Below are positions 1-13,934 of a stretch of DNA of 64,000 nucleotides, one piece after another. The stretch covers positions 157,434,107 through 157,498,106 of the forward strand of contig NC_085844.1 in NCBI RefSeq assembly GCF_035594765.1, given 5' to 3'. The notes under the pieces are model-generated. The model made no database searches, was not told the DNA's origin, and saw only the letters and a list, made by a program, of their open reading frames with translations. Source of the DNA: Anolis carolinensis (lineage: Eukaryota). Each line of letters starts with the position of its first letter. Positions within the stretch are counted from its first letter, which is position 1. Both the position numbers and the translations under genes were made by a program.

Positions 1-1372
1 AGTTTCTGGTTTCTTTTGTTCTCCTCTATAGATCAGATATTCTTAAGCAGAACGTTTTATGAACACCAAGGTTACACATTTTATTTATTAATTTATTTAG
101 CTTATGAAAAGAAAAATACAGTCTCAGACAACTTTCTATAGAACTTTTAAAAAGTTGCTTCAGTAGGAATACATTTCCTTTCTCCGCCTTCTTCTTCTAA
201 ACGTTTATTTACCTAGTGCCATCTTTTCAGGGGTTCATAGGATTGTAACAGGAAGGAGTCATCTTGATTAGTTGGGCAGGATTTTTTGCATTAAGGTAAT
301 TTCTCAAAGATCTAGAGACCTCTCTCTTGGGAAGCAGATGGGTCAAGAGGATTGGAGATAGGATGGCAGCACAGGCTCTTATTACAAGCCATTCATTATT
401 CTATTTCCATGTTTAACATGCCATCGTAAAAGTGCATTACTTTAATAATCAATAACCCAGCAGGAGGTCTTAACGGGCAGAATTCACTTGGAATTGAACT
501 CCAACAGAAGAGGCAGAAGACCACAGAAAGCCTGCAGGCTATAATTAGAGCACCATAAAACTAGAAGGTAAAGGGTGGCGGAACATATTAGCAGCAAAAC
601 GCTAACTTGCAAGTAATAATTTCAGAATCTTTCATGTTGACATGAGTGTCACTTATATAGGAATAAGTAAAATGTGATGTTTCAGAAGGATAAAATTATA
701 TCCTGAATTCCCAATGCTTCGGGTTTGGAGGAAAATTGGTTAGGCAAGGAGGAGAACCAACACTCCTTATCGGATAGCTTTGTCAGAGCTTTCCTTTTTT
801 GCCCTTCCCTTGTGCTTCATTCACCCACCCTCTTGCCTGTTTCCTTCATTCCCTCTCTACTCCACCTTTCTTTAACATATTACAGAATTTAAAGTACAGG
901 AAACTAATAAAAAATCTCTCATGCAAAGGAACAGTGCATCTGTCTTTACATTGTTTTCTGTTCATGGCTGGGTAGTTTTACATTTTCTGATCAGCGACTA
1001 GCACTGTGACCAGTAAACCAGTTTCTTCAGAGCTTTGGTGGAGTGTCTAGAGGTCCTGCATTATTGATTTTCTGCTTGAACATTCTGGTTACTCTGTCAA
1101 TCACTAGCTTGAAATACAAGATGGCAGTCAATAAGCAAAAAAAAAATCCCAGCTTCATGCTCTCGATAAAATAATTTAGAAGGTTGAGACACAAGCAGAA
1201 AGCAATAACTTCCTGCAGAGGAAGGGGAGAAAGCACATCTTATATCCTGTCTCTGAAACCAATGGCTTTAAAAAGAAATACACAAATTTTAAATTGACTG
1301 CTCTGGAAAAAAAATCATGCCACTGGTATCAGATGTATCTGGGATTTCTTCTGCATTAAGGGAGAAGGAAAC

Positions 1373-1471
1373 ATAGGATTATATGGCAGTGTGGACTCAG
1401 ATAATTCAGTTCAAAGCAGATATTGTGAATTATCTGCCTTAATATTCTGGGTTACATGGCTGGAGGGGCCC
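1373..1471. mobile_element. Partial PIF/Harbinger-like MITE (right half), same family as 23162-23338
   Basis: Shares ggcagtgtggactcagataa/cagttcaaagcagata motifs and ends in ...ggggccc followed by TGA, like the complete copy at 23162. Confidence 0.6.
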
Positions 1472-1890
1472 TGAGATTCCACTTTTAGAAGAAAACTTCA
1501 CTTTTTATGGACAGGAGAGCACTGAATTAATTCAGCAAAAAACTAAAACAATAAAGGCAAAACATGATCCCCAGGCTTTTTAAGTTAAACATCTAAAATT
1601 GGTGTAGCTAATATCTAAGGGATGGAAAGAATATTCATTCCCATGTTGGAAAAAAAGGTTTCACAACAACTGAGAAACTATGTTGAGGAGAATAGACTAG
1701 TAAGAACTTTGCACAGTTTTCATTGTCATAATGTGTAATCACTTGTGGCTGAGTATGATTGTCTTCCAGAAGCTGAGTCTTGACAGTGAGTCTGTAAATA
1801 ACTGTGAAGACCTATTCAGGATCTGCATGGTCTTTTACATTGATGACATACATTTCTAGATGGAAGATAAGAGAGAAGATAAGCTCATGG

Positions 1891-3372
1891 GAACTTGACA
1901 GGGGGAATGTGACCCTGCTGGTTCTCTTAGACATCTCAGCAGCTTTCGATACCATCAACCATGGTATCCTTCTGGGACGGCTCTCCAGAATGGGTATTGG
2001 AAGTGTTGCTTTGCAATGGCTCCGCTCCTTCTTGGAGGCCCATTCCCAGTGGGTGAAGCTGGAAGATTCCTGCTCGGACCCCTGCCCATTGACCTGTGAG
2101 GTCCCATAAGGGTCTATTCTATCTCCCATGCTTTTTTAAAATCTACATGAAACCACTGGGTGAGGTCATCCAGAGTTTTGGAGTTCGGTGCCATCTCTAT
2201 GCAAATGACACTCAACTCTACTACTCTTTTCCACCAAATTCCAAGGAAGCCCCTCAAATCCTGGACCAGTTCCTGGCCACTGTGATGGACTGGATGAGGG
2301 CCAACAAACGGAAGCTTAATCCTGACAAGACAGACATCCTCCAGGTCAGTCGTGTGGCCGATCGGGGCATAGGGTGGCAGCCTGTGCTTGATGGGGTCAC
2401 ACTCCCCCTGAGGATGCAGGTCCACAGTCTGGGGGTCCTCCTGGACTCAGTGCTGACGCTTGATGTCCAGGTGTCAGTGGTGGCTGGGAGGGCTTTTGTA
2501 GAGTTAAAGCTTGTGCGTCAACTGTGACCATACCTCATGAAGTCTGACTTGGCCATGGTGGTCCACGCTTTAGTTATCTCCAGACTGGATTACTGCAATG
2601 TGCTCTACATGGGGCTGCCCTTGAAGATGGTTCGAAAACTATAGCTGGTACAAAGATCAGTGGCCAGATTAATAACTGGAGCTAGCTACAGAGAGCGGTC
2701 AACTCTCCTGTTTAAGCAGCTCCACTGGCTACTGATAAGTTTCCGGGCCGAATTCAATGTGAAGGTTATCACCTACAAAGCCCTAAACGGTATGGGACCT
2801 GCTTATCTCCGTGATTGCCTCCTCCCCTATGAACCTTCACGGGCCCTAAGATGCTCCAGGGAGTCACTTCTCGCTCCCACCTCTGTCTCAAGCATGGTTG
2901 GTGGGGACGAGTGAGAGGGCCTTCTCGGTAGTGCCCCCCCCCCCCCCGACTCTGGAACTCGCTTCCCAGGGAGATTAGACTGTCTCCTTCATTGTCCACC
3001 TTCTGCTGGAGTCTAAAACATGGATGTAGTAGTGCACTTTTGAGTGAAGAGGCAACCAGCCATGTATCTTGTTTTCAAACTGTGCTGCAGTTTAATATTT
3101 CCCCCATTGTATAGGTTTTTGTGTTTTAATGCAATTGGTTCCTTGTTCTCCCCACCCATCTCTATTTTACTCATGGACTTTACTCACTAATCACCCTCTG
3201 TACATAGCAATTGATGCCTTGGTTTTAATAATTGTCATGTTATGTTGTTTTATAACTATGCTATTATATTGTGTTTTAAATTTATGGACTGTTTTTCTTA
3301 TGTAAGCCGCCTCAAGTCCCTTCGGGAAGATGGAAGCAGGGTACAAGAATAAAGTTGTTGTTGTTGTTGTTT
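1891..3372 (+). mobile_element. L2-clade LINE, 5'-truncated, degenerate RT and 3' end
   Basis: Frameshifted ORFs with LLDISAAFDTINH, LYANDTQLY (YADD-like) and LHWL motifs; 3' end tgtaagccgcc..agtccc..AATAAA followed by (GTT)n tail. Confidence 0.9.
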
Positions 3373-4604
3373 CTGTAGCTACGTCTCACAGTTCTACCCC
3401 CAAACCCAGATTTTAAGCAGTGCACTTCCCAATGTGGGCATTTTCATGTTGTTGGAGAGCAGGGAGTCAGTGGGACAAGTCCAACTATTTTCCTGTATGT
3501 GGATATGCTGAATCTTCAGTGTGCTCCAGGGGTCTTCAGAAAGGCTCTGTAAATGACATCCTTGCAGTGTATCTATGCAGTGTTTCCTCAGCTTTAGTTT
3601 TCCATATGTTTTGAACTACACTTTCCAAAATTTTTAATCATTGACCAAGGCAGCTGAGGCTTCTGGGAGTTGAAGTCCAGACTAAAGTTTGGAAATCACT
3701 GAGTTACAGGAAAATAGCTGAATATACCTCCACTGATCCCCTAACTCTTTATAGACCAGCATATTTTAACTAGTAACAGCTTTTCAAGGTCTTAAGGCAT
3801 ATCAGATACCTGGCACACCCAAAATATTGCCTTGTTGAGCAACACACCACGTGGTGGTGCATGTGGAGATAAATTATACCTCAGGTTTTCAGGTTCCAAA
3901 CATCAAAGACTCAAAAGCATATTTTTAAATTGAGCCCAGAAATTAATTGGAAGCCAGTGCAAATTGTAAAACTAAATGTGATTCTAGTGCCCAGTCTCAA
4001 TTAATGCTGTCACAGCCAGAGCTAGAAGCGTATTTTTTTTCTGGATTACAACTCTTGAGTACATGCCAGCTAGCAAGGCTATGGAGGATTCTGGGAGCTG
4101 CCACTCAGAAAAGTAATTTTTCCTAATTCTGGCATGAATTTATTTCAAGTTAACAATGGTTTCTAAGTGGCTTCAGATAGCTCCTTGTTGAACACATTAC
4201 AATAGTTGCACAATTTTGAAGTTACCTGAACACAGCAGAATGTTTTTATCATTCTTTGGAAAGGAGAATTGGATCCTTCTCCAAAATATGGTCTAGAAAG
4301 AGATGTGGAATATTTTTATTGTCTGTTTCTGTTATGTGAGTGAAATCATCTGAGTGTCAAATGAGCTGTTTGGTTCTGCAATCAGCTCAAAAGATAAATG
4401 AGCCACTTCAGTGAAGAGGATTTACTTACTGGATTACTGAAGGGGAAAAAAATCAGGATTGCTTTTGTTTTAACCATGAAAGTGATAAAAATGCACGATA
4501 TCTTTATGGAAACAAAACTTTTCTACACCTGTGTGGATGGATTCATTTATATTCAATCTAGGAATGGGTGATAATTTCATTTCATATCATTTTTAATATA
4601 ATAT

Positions 4605-4653
<49 letters not shown>
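4605..4653. repeat. Compound (TA)n(TG)n microsatellite
   Basis: Direct reading. Confidence 0.95.
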
Positions 4654-4654
<1 letters not shown>

Positions 4655-5164
4655 AAAAAGTCACAAAATTTGAGTAATGGAAAAAAGGGGAAAATGCCCA
4701 CCCTTAACTCCAATACAAAATGGCTTGATCCAGATTTCCTGAAGTATATGTAGATTGAAATTTGAATGTTTTCTGGACTGGGTCTTGGGAATTAGATTAA
4801 ATCAAGCCAGTAGCCAGAGTCCAAAAAGCCATGGTATAAAGGATCCATGGCTGGAAGTGAAGAATAAAGCTGAAGCAACTCAGAGGATGCAATTGAAGGA
4901 CAAGACAATGGGCTAAACACCAATTAAAGGATGCAGAATTACACCAAAACTTGGGAAGACAATTTTGCACAGGTAAAACCTTGATCCTAACATAGAACCC
5001 TTCCACAAGGTCAACCCAAAAGGGGAGACCCAAGGACTTTAAAATGGAATAGAGTTAAAATCTTCAGCACCACCTTTCTTCTGTATACTCATGTAGGGAT
5101 GAGTAAGTATCTGTACTTTGGGTGGTGGTAGCATGTTCAAAGAAGGTCCACTGAATGTATGAAT

Positions 5165-5715
5165 GTATAGGTCCATGTATACTGGCTCTGACTCATGGTG
5201 ACCCTAAAGCAAGATTTGTTCAGAGCGGGGTTGCTATTACCTCTGAGGATGAGTGAGTGTCACTTGTTTAAGGTTAACCAGTGGGTTTTCATGATTTAGC
5301 AAGGATTCAAACTCCATTTTTTAATGATCTCACCACATAAGGAAATTTTAGCATCCTTGGATGCTTCTGCCCCAGATGAGTCATGGAACCCCATGTCGCC
5401 ATCACATGATATAGCCTCACTTCCGGTAGGGCTCCATGGCTCAGGTGAGGTGGTAGTGTTCTATGATGCTGCACTGCCAACATGGGAATCTCCTTGTGTT
5501 CCATTGGGAACAACAGAGCTACTGTGGGGGAAGCTTCATGACCATATGTGAGGTGGGGAAGTGTCAGTTGCCAGCAAGGTGGGACACAGCGTGCCAGGAT
5601 TGCCCTGCTGCCTCCCGATTTGGCACGAAGGCTGGCAAATTGATCCGGAGGACCTCATCAATGTGATGAGGTCCTAAGTCTCTAGTCCAACACTCAAACT
5701 ATGCTATGCTATGCT
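5165..5715 (-). mobile_element. Old tRNA-derived SINE interrupted by a MITE
   Basis: Resembles SINE copies at 53015 and 56113 (gcaagatttgttcagag..., cagtgggttttcatg..., gattcaaactc | tctagtccaacactcaaac). Confidence 0.55.
5325..5674. mobile_element. PIF/Harbinger-like MITE
   Basis: Imperfect TIRs tgatctcaccacat / atgtgatgaggtcc; TAA target duplication at 5322-5324 and 5675-5677. Confidence 0.7.
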
Positions 5716-8700
5716 AGCTCACTACTATTATGCTCCTCCCCCTCTATTTAATACTAATGACAGTATTAGTATGACTGCTACTATTGTATAGTAGTAATTA
5801 GTAGTAATACAAGTAATATTGTATATTTACTACTACTATTGTATATTTACTGCTACTACAAATGTTGACCCTCAACATTTGTAGAATGAAAAATGCAGGA
5901 ATCCTGTGAAAGTGGAAAAACTGCAAATATTTCCAGGGGCTGGGCAAAGCTTCCTTGTGGGCTCACTATTCTTCCATTTCTCCTAAAACTGCAGAGGGGG
6001 GACCATTGCCAACCAACTCTGGAATCACATCTCTAGGCTGCCACACTTGGTTGGTAAAGGAGATCTGCTCTGGTTCCTCCTGAGTCTTTAGGAGAGATGA
6101 AGATACAATGATCCCCCTTTCTTACCAACTTTGGCAGTCATTAAAAGGACATGTTTCTTGGCAATATTTAATTAGAAGAAGTTTGCCATTGTCTTCTTCT
6201 GAAAGTGAGAGGTCACCTAGTAAATTTCCATAGTCAGGCAGAGATAGAATCATAGTCCAAGATCTAAATCATTATACCATGCTGGCATTTGAGTAGCATG
6301 GTCTTTGTAAATCAGAAGTGATTTGAAGAGAAGAAGCTGCAACTCAGAGGATATATACAAATAGAGATAAATACAAATACAGAAGTAATATTCATTCTCA
6401 ACAACTTTCAAACATTCTCTGGCCTTCATATTTCTCCATATTTCTGATACAATTTATAGCCTTAAAAGCTATCCAATAGTCTAAACTATCCAAATTATAT
6501 TTTGACATCAAATACATTTTAGTTGGTATATACTGGTCAACAATTTTAATGATCATTGTTTAAATCTGTGTTTCATGCAGATTAAAATCAAAAAATCAAT
6601 ATAGTTTTATGTGGAACTTGTCTTTTGGGTGAACAGATGTAAAAGTGAGATAGGTCAGAAATAGAATGATTTTCCCTTCCAGAGTTGGACTAACAACAAT
6701 TGCCTGCCTGGTTTCCCAGTTAGGTGAGGATATAAAGTGATATTTTTTTCCATAGTACTGAGAAATGGTTAAAAAAGAAGCAGACATTTGCTCTTGTTAA
6801 GTTGAAAAGTTTCAAATGTGACCCAAAGCTGGATAACAGATCACATCTAGGGTTGAGCTTGATGCCAAGGGAGACATAGTAATGATTCAGTAGGTGGCAG
6901 TCTTCATCGCCAAGTTACAAATCCTGAGCTTCAGTGGGAAAGAAAGGCTTACAATAAAAAGCACATTTCCATTTGATATCTGCTAATGAGAATCTCCACT
7001 TGAGTTGCTTAAGAACACTCCTCCAACAAACTCCCAGCCCACTTACAAGAATTGTGAAAACAGAAGGGAAGCCTCACTAGGAAGGACTTGACCTGCCAAT
7101 TAGTGCAGAGGGAGAGAAGTCATCCTGAGGGCAGAAGTAGGGACTGTTAACACACATAACATATTGTAAATGATGAATAACTTCAACTGACCTCATGTTG
7201 TCCAGGTAAATGTACCTCTCCATCATTGTTTGAATAAATTATTTCCAGGAATGGTAGTTCCAAAAATTAAATTTTCTTAGTTCTGATCTTAACTGCCACT
7301 AGAAGACAAAATGTCTGAATATAAAAGTATGATGTCTTAGTATTTCCCACATGTGATGTAAAGTGATACACAAAGATGCAAAAAAAATCCTAATAGTATA
7401 CACAGCATAGCACCAAACTTGACGGCATAATCAGAATGGGATCTTTGCCTCATGTTTTTTTTTCTTTAAAGTTTCAGTTCCCAGTCATGTTTCTGGAGCT
7501 GTTTCCTTCCATACTTCCTCTTAGATTAGAATCATATTACTGGCTTACACTGATGTAGGCCTCACTTATTTCAATGCAAATACTTTAAAAGACATTGTAG
7601 AATGCAGTATTTTGTATCTCTTTGTGCAATACATTTGCTCCTGAGCAGCTGGAATTTCCTCCCTTTGGGTTGGAGGAAGAGGGGCATTCAGAGGTTGCTC
7701 AACTGACCTTGCATACTTTAGGATAAGGAAAAAGAAGCTTTCAATCTGGTTTGGAGAAGATGACTGTTTTTCTACTCCTGAGGATGTGAAAGGACAGTGA
7801 GACAAAATAGTACTATGTAGACCATTCCCAGAAGTCTCCAACTGTCCTTCTGTACCTATAAGAGAAGCATCAGCAGCAACTTAACCTTTCCAAGCACTGG
7901 AGTAAAATTTACACCCCTGACTAAAATGTACACTCTGCCAGCAGTCTTACTGGAATCCAACCTTCTGATTCCTGTTATCATTCTCCTCCTGTGTTTTGCT
8001 CTCTCTATCTCTGTTTGAACATAATTATACTTTCTTAATCTAACAGGTTTTCTTATCACATTGCCTTGTGATGTAGTCACAGCCATCTGTATCCAAAACC
8101 TGTTTACAATCCCATTTTGTACTATAATAGTTCATTTGTTCTGCCTTGAGACTCCTCAGCTTGTGAGTGTGTCAGAGGTAGGTACATCTGCCTTCTCAGT
8201 TGTTTCATCGGTCATTGTTCAAGGAAGTTATTGCTTCACAGATGTCTTCTGTATCTCTTGTAGATAGCTCCGACATCATGTGTGATCCTGAGGTCCTGTT
8301 CTGATCCACTGTATTTAAAAGTTTCCATATCAGCTCTAATGAGGTGGGTTTTATTTTTTCTGTTTTTAACATCTGACAATTGAATGAGTGACATATGTTG
8401 TGGCTATACCAAATCTTCAATTTGAGCTCACATGCTTTGTCAATTAAGCTTAACTTTTGCCTAGTGTTCTTAGATTATTTTCTCATAGAGTATTCTTTCT
8501 GATTTTGCTACTTTAAAACGTGAGCTGAATCTTTCCCATTAGTTCAGTCTTCAATTCCAAGAAATGTTCTTGTATCTGGCCATTCTGTTTCAAACACAGA
8601 TCTTCTTTCTTAAGGATTGCAAAACTGGACTTTTGTCCCAGACCATCCTAGCCAAAGATTAACAGAAATTGTCTCATTATCTTTCCCTTCCTTTTAATAA

Positions 8701-9552
8701 CTTGCATGTATAACTAGATTCCATGCATGCTGATTTCATGCATGGGTTCATGCTTTGTATCCATGCTACATAGTTATAACAATTTAATATCACTTTAATG
8801 GCCATGGCTCTGTGTGGTATCAAACTTCTCTTATCTATGATCCTGTGAGGCAAGAGGTTATGCCAATGGCAGCAGTGTTACTGGTAGGATCTCCAGTATC
8901 AGATAAATATTTAATGAGGAACCAGATCCAGTTTTCTTCTTTTAAGTTACTTCATACTTCCTTAATTTCTGCTTAGCCTATCCTAACTTTTTCAATTCCA
9001 AGGGCAGGCGTGGATTGCTCCTCCTGCCATCTCAGAATGACTCTTCATTGTAAGTCCAACAGATAAAATGTGCCAAACAACCATTGGACAGAGATAATAG
9101 TAGTGATATTCCCAGAGGATCTCTCAATGGCAACAGAATCATAACTAACACTTTTAATACTATACAGAAGGAAGCATGGTAAACCCCCTTTGAATGTCTT
9201 TTATGACAAAAACCATAAGATGAGACAATACAAAATGAAACGAGATAGTGCCAGAAGCTGAGTCTCCCTGGTTGAATGGCACTGAACAAGTTACTGGATC
9301 AGAGCAGGGGACAGCAAGTAGCACTGCAGCTAACAATGCAACGGGACTCAAACTAAAAGCACATTTAGCTGCAGATATACTAAGTAGTAAAAGGAAAGGC
9401 TGAAGCAGCACAACACATATATAAGAACATGGAATGTGAAAAGCACGAATCAGGAGAAGCCAGACCTCATAAAACAAAACGAAATACTTGGGGCAAGCAG
9501 GCTAAATAGGCAGGAATGGAATATTTGGAGTCATTAATCAGAAGGGAGACTG

Positions 9553-10999
9553 CATAGAATCATAGAATCATAGAATCATAGAATAGTAGAGTTGGAAGAG
9601 ACCACATGGGGCATCCAGTCCAACCCCCTGCTAAGAAGCAGGAAATCGCATTCAAAGCACCCCCGACAGATGGCCATCCAGCCTCTGCTTAAAAGCCTCC
9701 AAAGAAGGAGCCTCCACCACGGCCCCGGGGAGAGAGTTCCACTGTCGAACAGCTCTCACAGTGAGGAAGTTCTTCCTGATGTTCAGGTGGAATCTCCTTT
9801 CCTGTAGTTTGAAGCCATTATTCCGTGTCCTAGTCTGCAGGGCAGCAGAAAACAATCTTGCTCCCTCCTCCCTATGACTTCCCTTCACGTATTTGTACAT
9901 GGCTATCATGTCTCCTCTCAGCCTTCTCTTCTGCAAGCTAAACATGCCAAGCTCTTTAAGCCGCTCCTCATAGGGCTTGCTCTCCAGACCCTTAATCATT
10001 TTAGTCGCCCTCCTCTGGACGCTTTCCAGCTTGTCAACATCTCCCTTCAACTGTGGTGCCCAGAATTGGACACAGTATTCCAGGTGTGGTCTGACCAAGG
10101 CAGAATAGAGGGGGAGTATAACTTCCCTGGATCTAGACGCTATTCCCCTATTGATGCAGGCCAGAATCCCATTGGCTTTTTTAGCAGCCGCATCACATTG
10201 TTGGCTCATGTTTAACTTGTTGTCCACGAGGACTCCAAGGTCTTTTTCGCACACACTGCTGTCAAGCCAGGCGTCCCCCATTCTGTATCTTTGATTTCCA
10301 TTTTTTCTGCCGAAGTGAAGTATTTTGCATTTGTCCCTGTTGAACTTCATTTTGTTAGTTTTGGCCCATCTCTCTAGTCTGTCAAGATCGTTTTGAATTC
10401 TGCTCCTGTCTTCTGGAGTGTTAGCTATCCCTCCCAGTTATGTGTCATCTGCAAACTTGATGATCGTGCCTTCTAACCCTTCGTCTGAACAGAACCGGGC
10501 CCAGGACAGAGCCCTGCGGCAATCCACTTGTCACTTCTTTCCATGATGAAGATGACGCATTGGTGAGCACCCTTTGGGTTCGTTCGCTTAGCCAATTACA
10601 GATCCACCTAACCGTAGTTTTGTCTAGCCCACATTTTACTAGTTTGTTTGCCAGAAGGTTGTGGGGGACTTTGTCGAAGGCCTTACTGAAATCCAGGTAT
10701 GCTACATCCACAGCATTCCCTGTATCGACCCAACTCGTAACTCTATCGAAAAAAGAGATCAGATTAGTCTGGCATGACTTGTTTTTGGTAAATCCGTGTT
10801 GACTATTAGCAATGACCGCATTTGTTTCTAAGTGTTCGCAGACCACTTCCTTAATGATCTTTTCCAGAATTTTGCCTGGTATTGATGTGAGGCTGACCGG
10901 ACGGTAATTGTTTGGGTCGTTCTTTTTTCCCTTCTTGAAGATAGGGACCACATTCGCCCTCCTCCAATCTGCTGGGACTTCTCCCGTTCTCCAAGAACT
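9553..10999 (-). mobile_element. CR1 LINE, 5'-truncated (RT to 3' tail)
   Basis: ORFs 10445-10951 and 9652-10350 encode CR1 RT ([29 protein letters not shown]); (TTCTATGA)n tail on minus strand; ACTGCA repeated at 9549-9554 and 10997-11002; 20-bp deletion near 10487 relative to the 41.7 kb copy frameshifts the RT. Confidence 0.97.
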
Positions 11000-11094
11000 G
11001 CAGTCAAGAAATCAGAAGGCTAACACTTGGAATGGCAGTTTTGTAGAAACTAGACATGATCCTGAAGTGTAAAGATATATATTTTAATATCACA

Positions 11095-11530
11095 CTTTGG
11101 ATTGACATTGCCACCATATTTCTAATTTCTATCTATGGTTGTGAAAGCTGGATTATGACAGGAAAAAACAAATTAATTTGAAGTGTGGTGCTGGAGAAGT
11201 GTTCTTCGGATACTAGAAACTACTAAAACTATGAATAAATGGATCTAGAGAAAATCAAGCCTGAACTCTCCCTAAAGGCCAAGATGACTAAACTGAATCT
11301 GTCATACTTTGGCCATATCATGAGAAAACATGGCTCAGTATAAAAGGCAATAAAGCTTGGTAAGGTAGAAGGTCATTAGGAAAGAACGAGATTGCATTCC
11401 AGGTGGATAGACTCAATAAAATAAATAATGACTCTGCCTCTGCAAGAGCTGAGCAAGGCTATTGATGATTGGGTGGTCTCTTATTCAGGGGTTCATCATA
11501 ACTCAAAGTTGACTTGATGGCAATTAACAA
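11095..11530 (+). mobile_element. RTE/BovB-like LINE 3' fragment (old)
   Basis: tatggttgtgaaagctgg (YGCESW), tggtgctggagaag (WCWR), tactttggccatatcatgag (YFGHIM), aggtggatagac (RWID); 3' end gttgacttgatggcaattaacaa. Confidence 0.8.
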
Positions 11531-12460
11531 TACTAAGTTAGAAATAATATAGTAAACAATTAAATTAGAACAACAGTTTCCAACAACTTAAAAAGCATTT
11601 TAAAATAGATTTTGATGACAAAGAGTATGGCATGTCTCAGTTGAAAGATTTCCAGTTGACAATCTAAAGTAAATAAAAAATTGTTTCCTTCTTGGTGATA
11701 AGAGAGCAGTAAGAGGACAATGTAGCTTTATGAGATAGGCAATTCCACAGCCAGAAGAAAATACCGTCTACTGTATGTTTTCTAACCATGCCTATCATGG
11801 CAGTGAGTCTGAGAAAAAGGCCACCTGAAAGGATCTTAAAGCACAGCTTCACAGCAGTAGATAACAGTCTTTCAGATCATCTGGATCCAGCCTATCTGTA
11901 GCATTTTCTTCTGTAAGGAGTAATGCAGATAAAGAATGAATGGGCAGAGAGTAACCTGATACACCTATGATATTTCCAAGAACGGTTGATTCTTCTAATG
12001 TTGTTTACTTCAATGAATAGGTCCACTCAAACAAAAACAAGAAAACTGAATTTTAGCGTCAAATATCAGCAGACAGCTATCATAAACTTGAATGATTCTT
12101 AATCTCACAATGTAACGATAGAGTCGAGCAGATTCTTGAAGAAACACTAAAAATTCCTATGTCCTCAGGTGAAGGAAAACAACAATACACATGTGCATTT
12201 AAAAGCAAGAGTAAGCTGTGGAGGTCAGTACTGGACACAATAAAGGCTTATCACAAGCAAGAAAGAACAGTGATTCTACCAGAATCAATCCCTCCCAGAC
12301 TTGTCATTCCTTCAATAAATAAATGGACACTGGGGAACTAAAGAGCTGATGGGAAACTAATATTTAGAAATAGAAATGCAGGTGGGTAGAACTCCACATG
12401 CCCATGTCTCAAGTCCTCAGTGAAGAACAGTTTAGTTAGCTTAGTTAGTATAGGCTAAAG

Positions 12461-12740
12461 CAGGGGTCCCCAAACTAAGGCCCAGGGGCCGGATGCGGCC
12501 CTCCAAGGTCATTTACCTGGCTCCCGCCCTCATTTATAATATAATATTTTTATATCAGTTTTAATAATATAATATATTGTATATACATATGATATTGATA
12601 ATAATATTATAATTTATACAATATAATACTAATAATAATACCAAATAATAATATTAATTATATGTTATATATTACATATAATATTACAATATAGTGGTAT
12701 AGTTCAATATAGTAATATATAATGCTAATATTGTGCAATA
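12461..12740 (+). mobile_element. hAT (Charlie-like) non-autonomous element, left end plus AT-rich interior; right TIR not found
   Basis: Starts CAGGGGTCCCCAAACT..GGCCCAGGGGCCGGATGCGGCCC, typical Charlie-type TIR/subterminal; preceded by GGCTAAAG. Confidence 0.7.
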
Positions 12741-12925
12741 ATAATAATAATAAGTTTATTTGTATCCCGCCACCATCTCCCCCGGAGGGGACTTGGGCAG
12801 GCTCACAGAACTAACAAATGCAAAACAATAACAATATACAATACATCAATAAACAATAACATGCACCAATTGTAATATTTGCACATTAACCAAAAAGAAT
12901 AAAAACACACTTATTAAAAACAGAA
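12738..12925 (-). mobile_element. L2-type 3' tail fragment
   Basis: Reverse complement resembles the L2 3' end at 48022-48133 (tgtgagcc..ccaagtcccc..ggagatggtggcgggatac..AATAAA, (TTA)n). Confidence 0.7.
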
Positions 12926-13264
12926 CAGAACGGCAGAACGTTGGATAAGTGAATATGTTGGATAATAAGAAGGGATTCAGAAAAAGCCTATTAAACATCA
13001 AATTAGGTAATGATTATACAAATTAAGCACCAAACATCATGTTATACAACAAATTGGACAGAAAAAGTAGTTCCATGCGTAGTAATGCTATGTAGTAATT
13101 ACTGTATTTACAAATTTAGCACCAAAATATCACAATGAATTTAAAACATTGACTACAAAAACATTGACTACTAAAAGGCCGACTGTGTTGGATAATGCAG
13201 AACACTGGATAAGCGAATGTTGGATAAGTGAAATTCTACTGTAATATGAAACAATTACTGTGGT

Positions 13265-13337
13265 AATCCAGTCCAACCCAATTCTGCCATGGAGGACACA
13301 ATTCAAGCATGCCCAACAGATGGCCACCCAGCCTCTC

Positions 13338-13390
<53 letters not shown>

Positions 13391-13896
13391 GATCATACAA
13401 TCATAAGGTTAGGAGACACCCCTAAGGATCATCCAGTTCAGCTTCCTTCTACCATACAGGACGACACAAACCAAGCACTCCTGAGAGATGGCCATCCAAG
13501 ATCTGCACAATAATAATACAAATCGAATCATAGAATCAGATAGTTAGGAGAGACCCCTAAAGGCCATCCAGTCCAACCCAACTCTGCCATTGGACGATAC
13601 AATCCAAGCACTCCCAACAGATGGCCAGCCAGCCTCTCAATAATAATAATAATAAGAATATGAATAAGAATAAGAATATCATACAATCTTAAGGTTAGCA
13701 GATACCCAGTTCAACTTCCTTATATCATGCAGGAGGACACACTCCAATCACTCCTGACAGATGGCCACCCAATATCTGCACAATAATAATACACATCGAA
13801 TCAGTCCAACCCAATTCTACCATGCAGGACGCAAGCCAAGCACTCCCAACAGATGGCCACCCAGCCTCTCAATACTACTACTACTACTACTACTAC

Positions 13897-13934
<38 letters not shown>

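Noticed and set aside
7566-8420. Cluster of short ORFs with a minus-strand acceptor near 7856
   Set aside because: No recognisable domain or consistent reading frame
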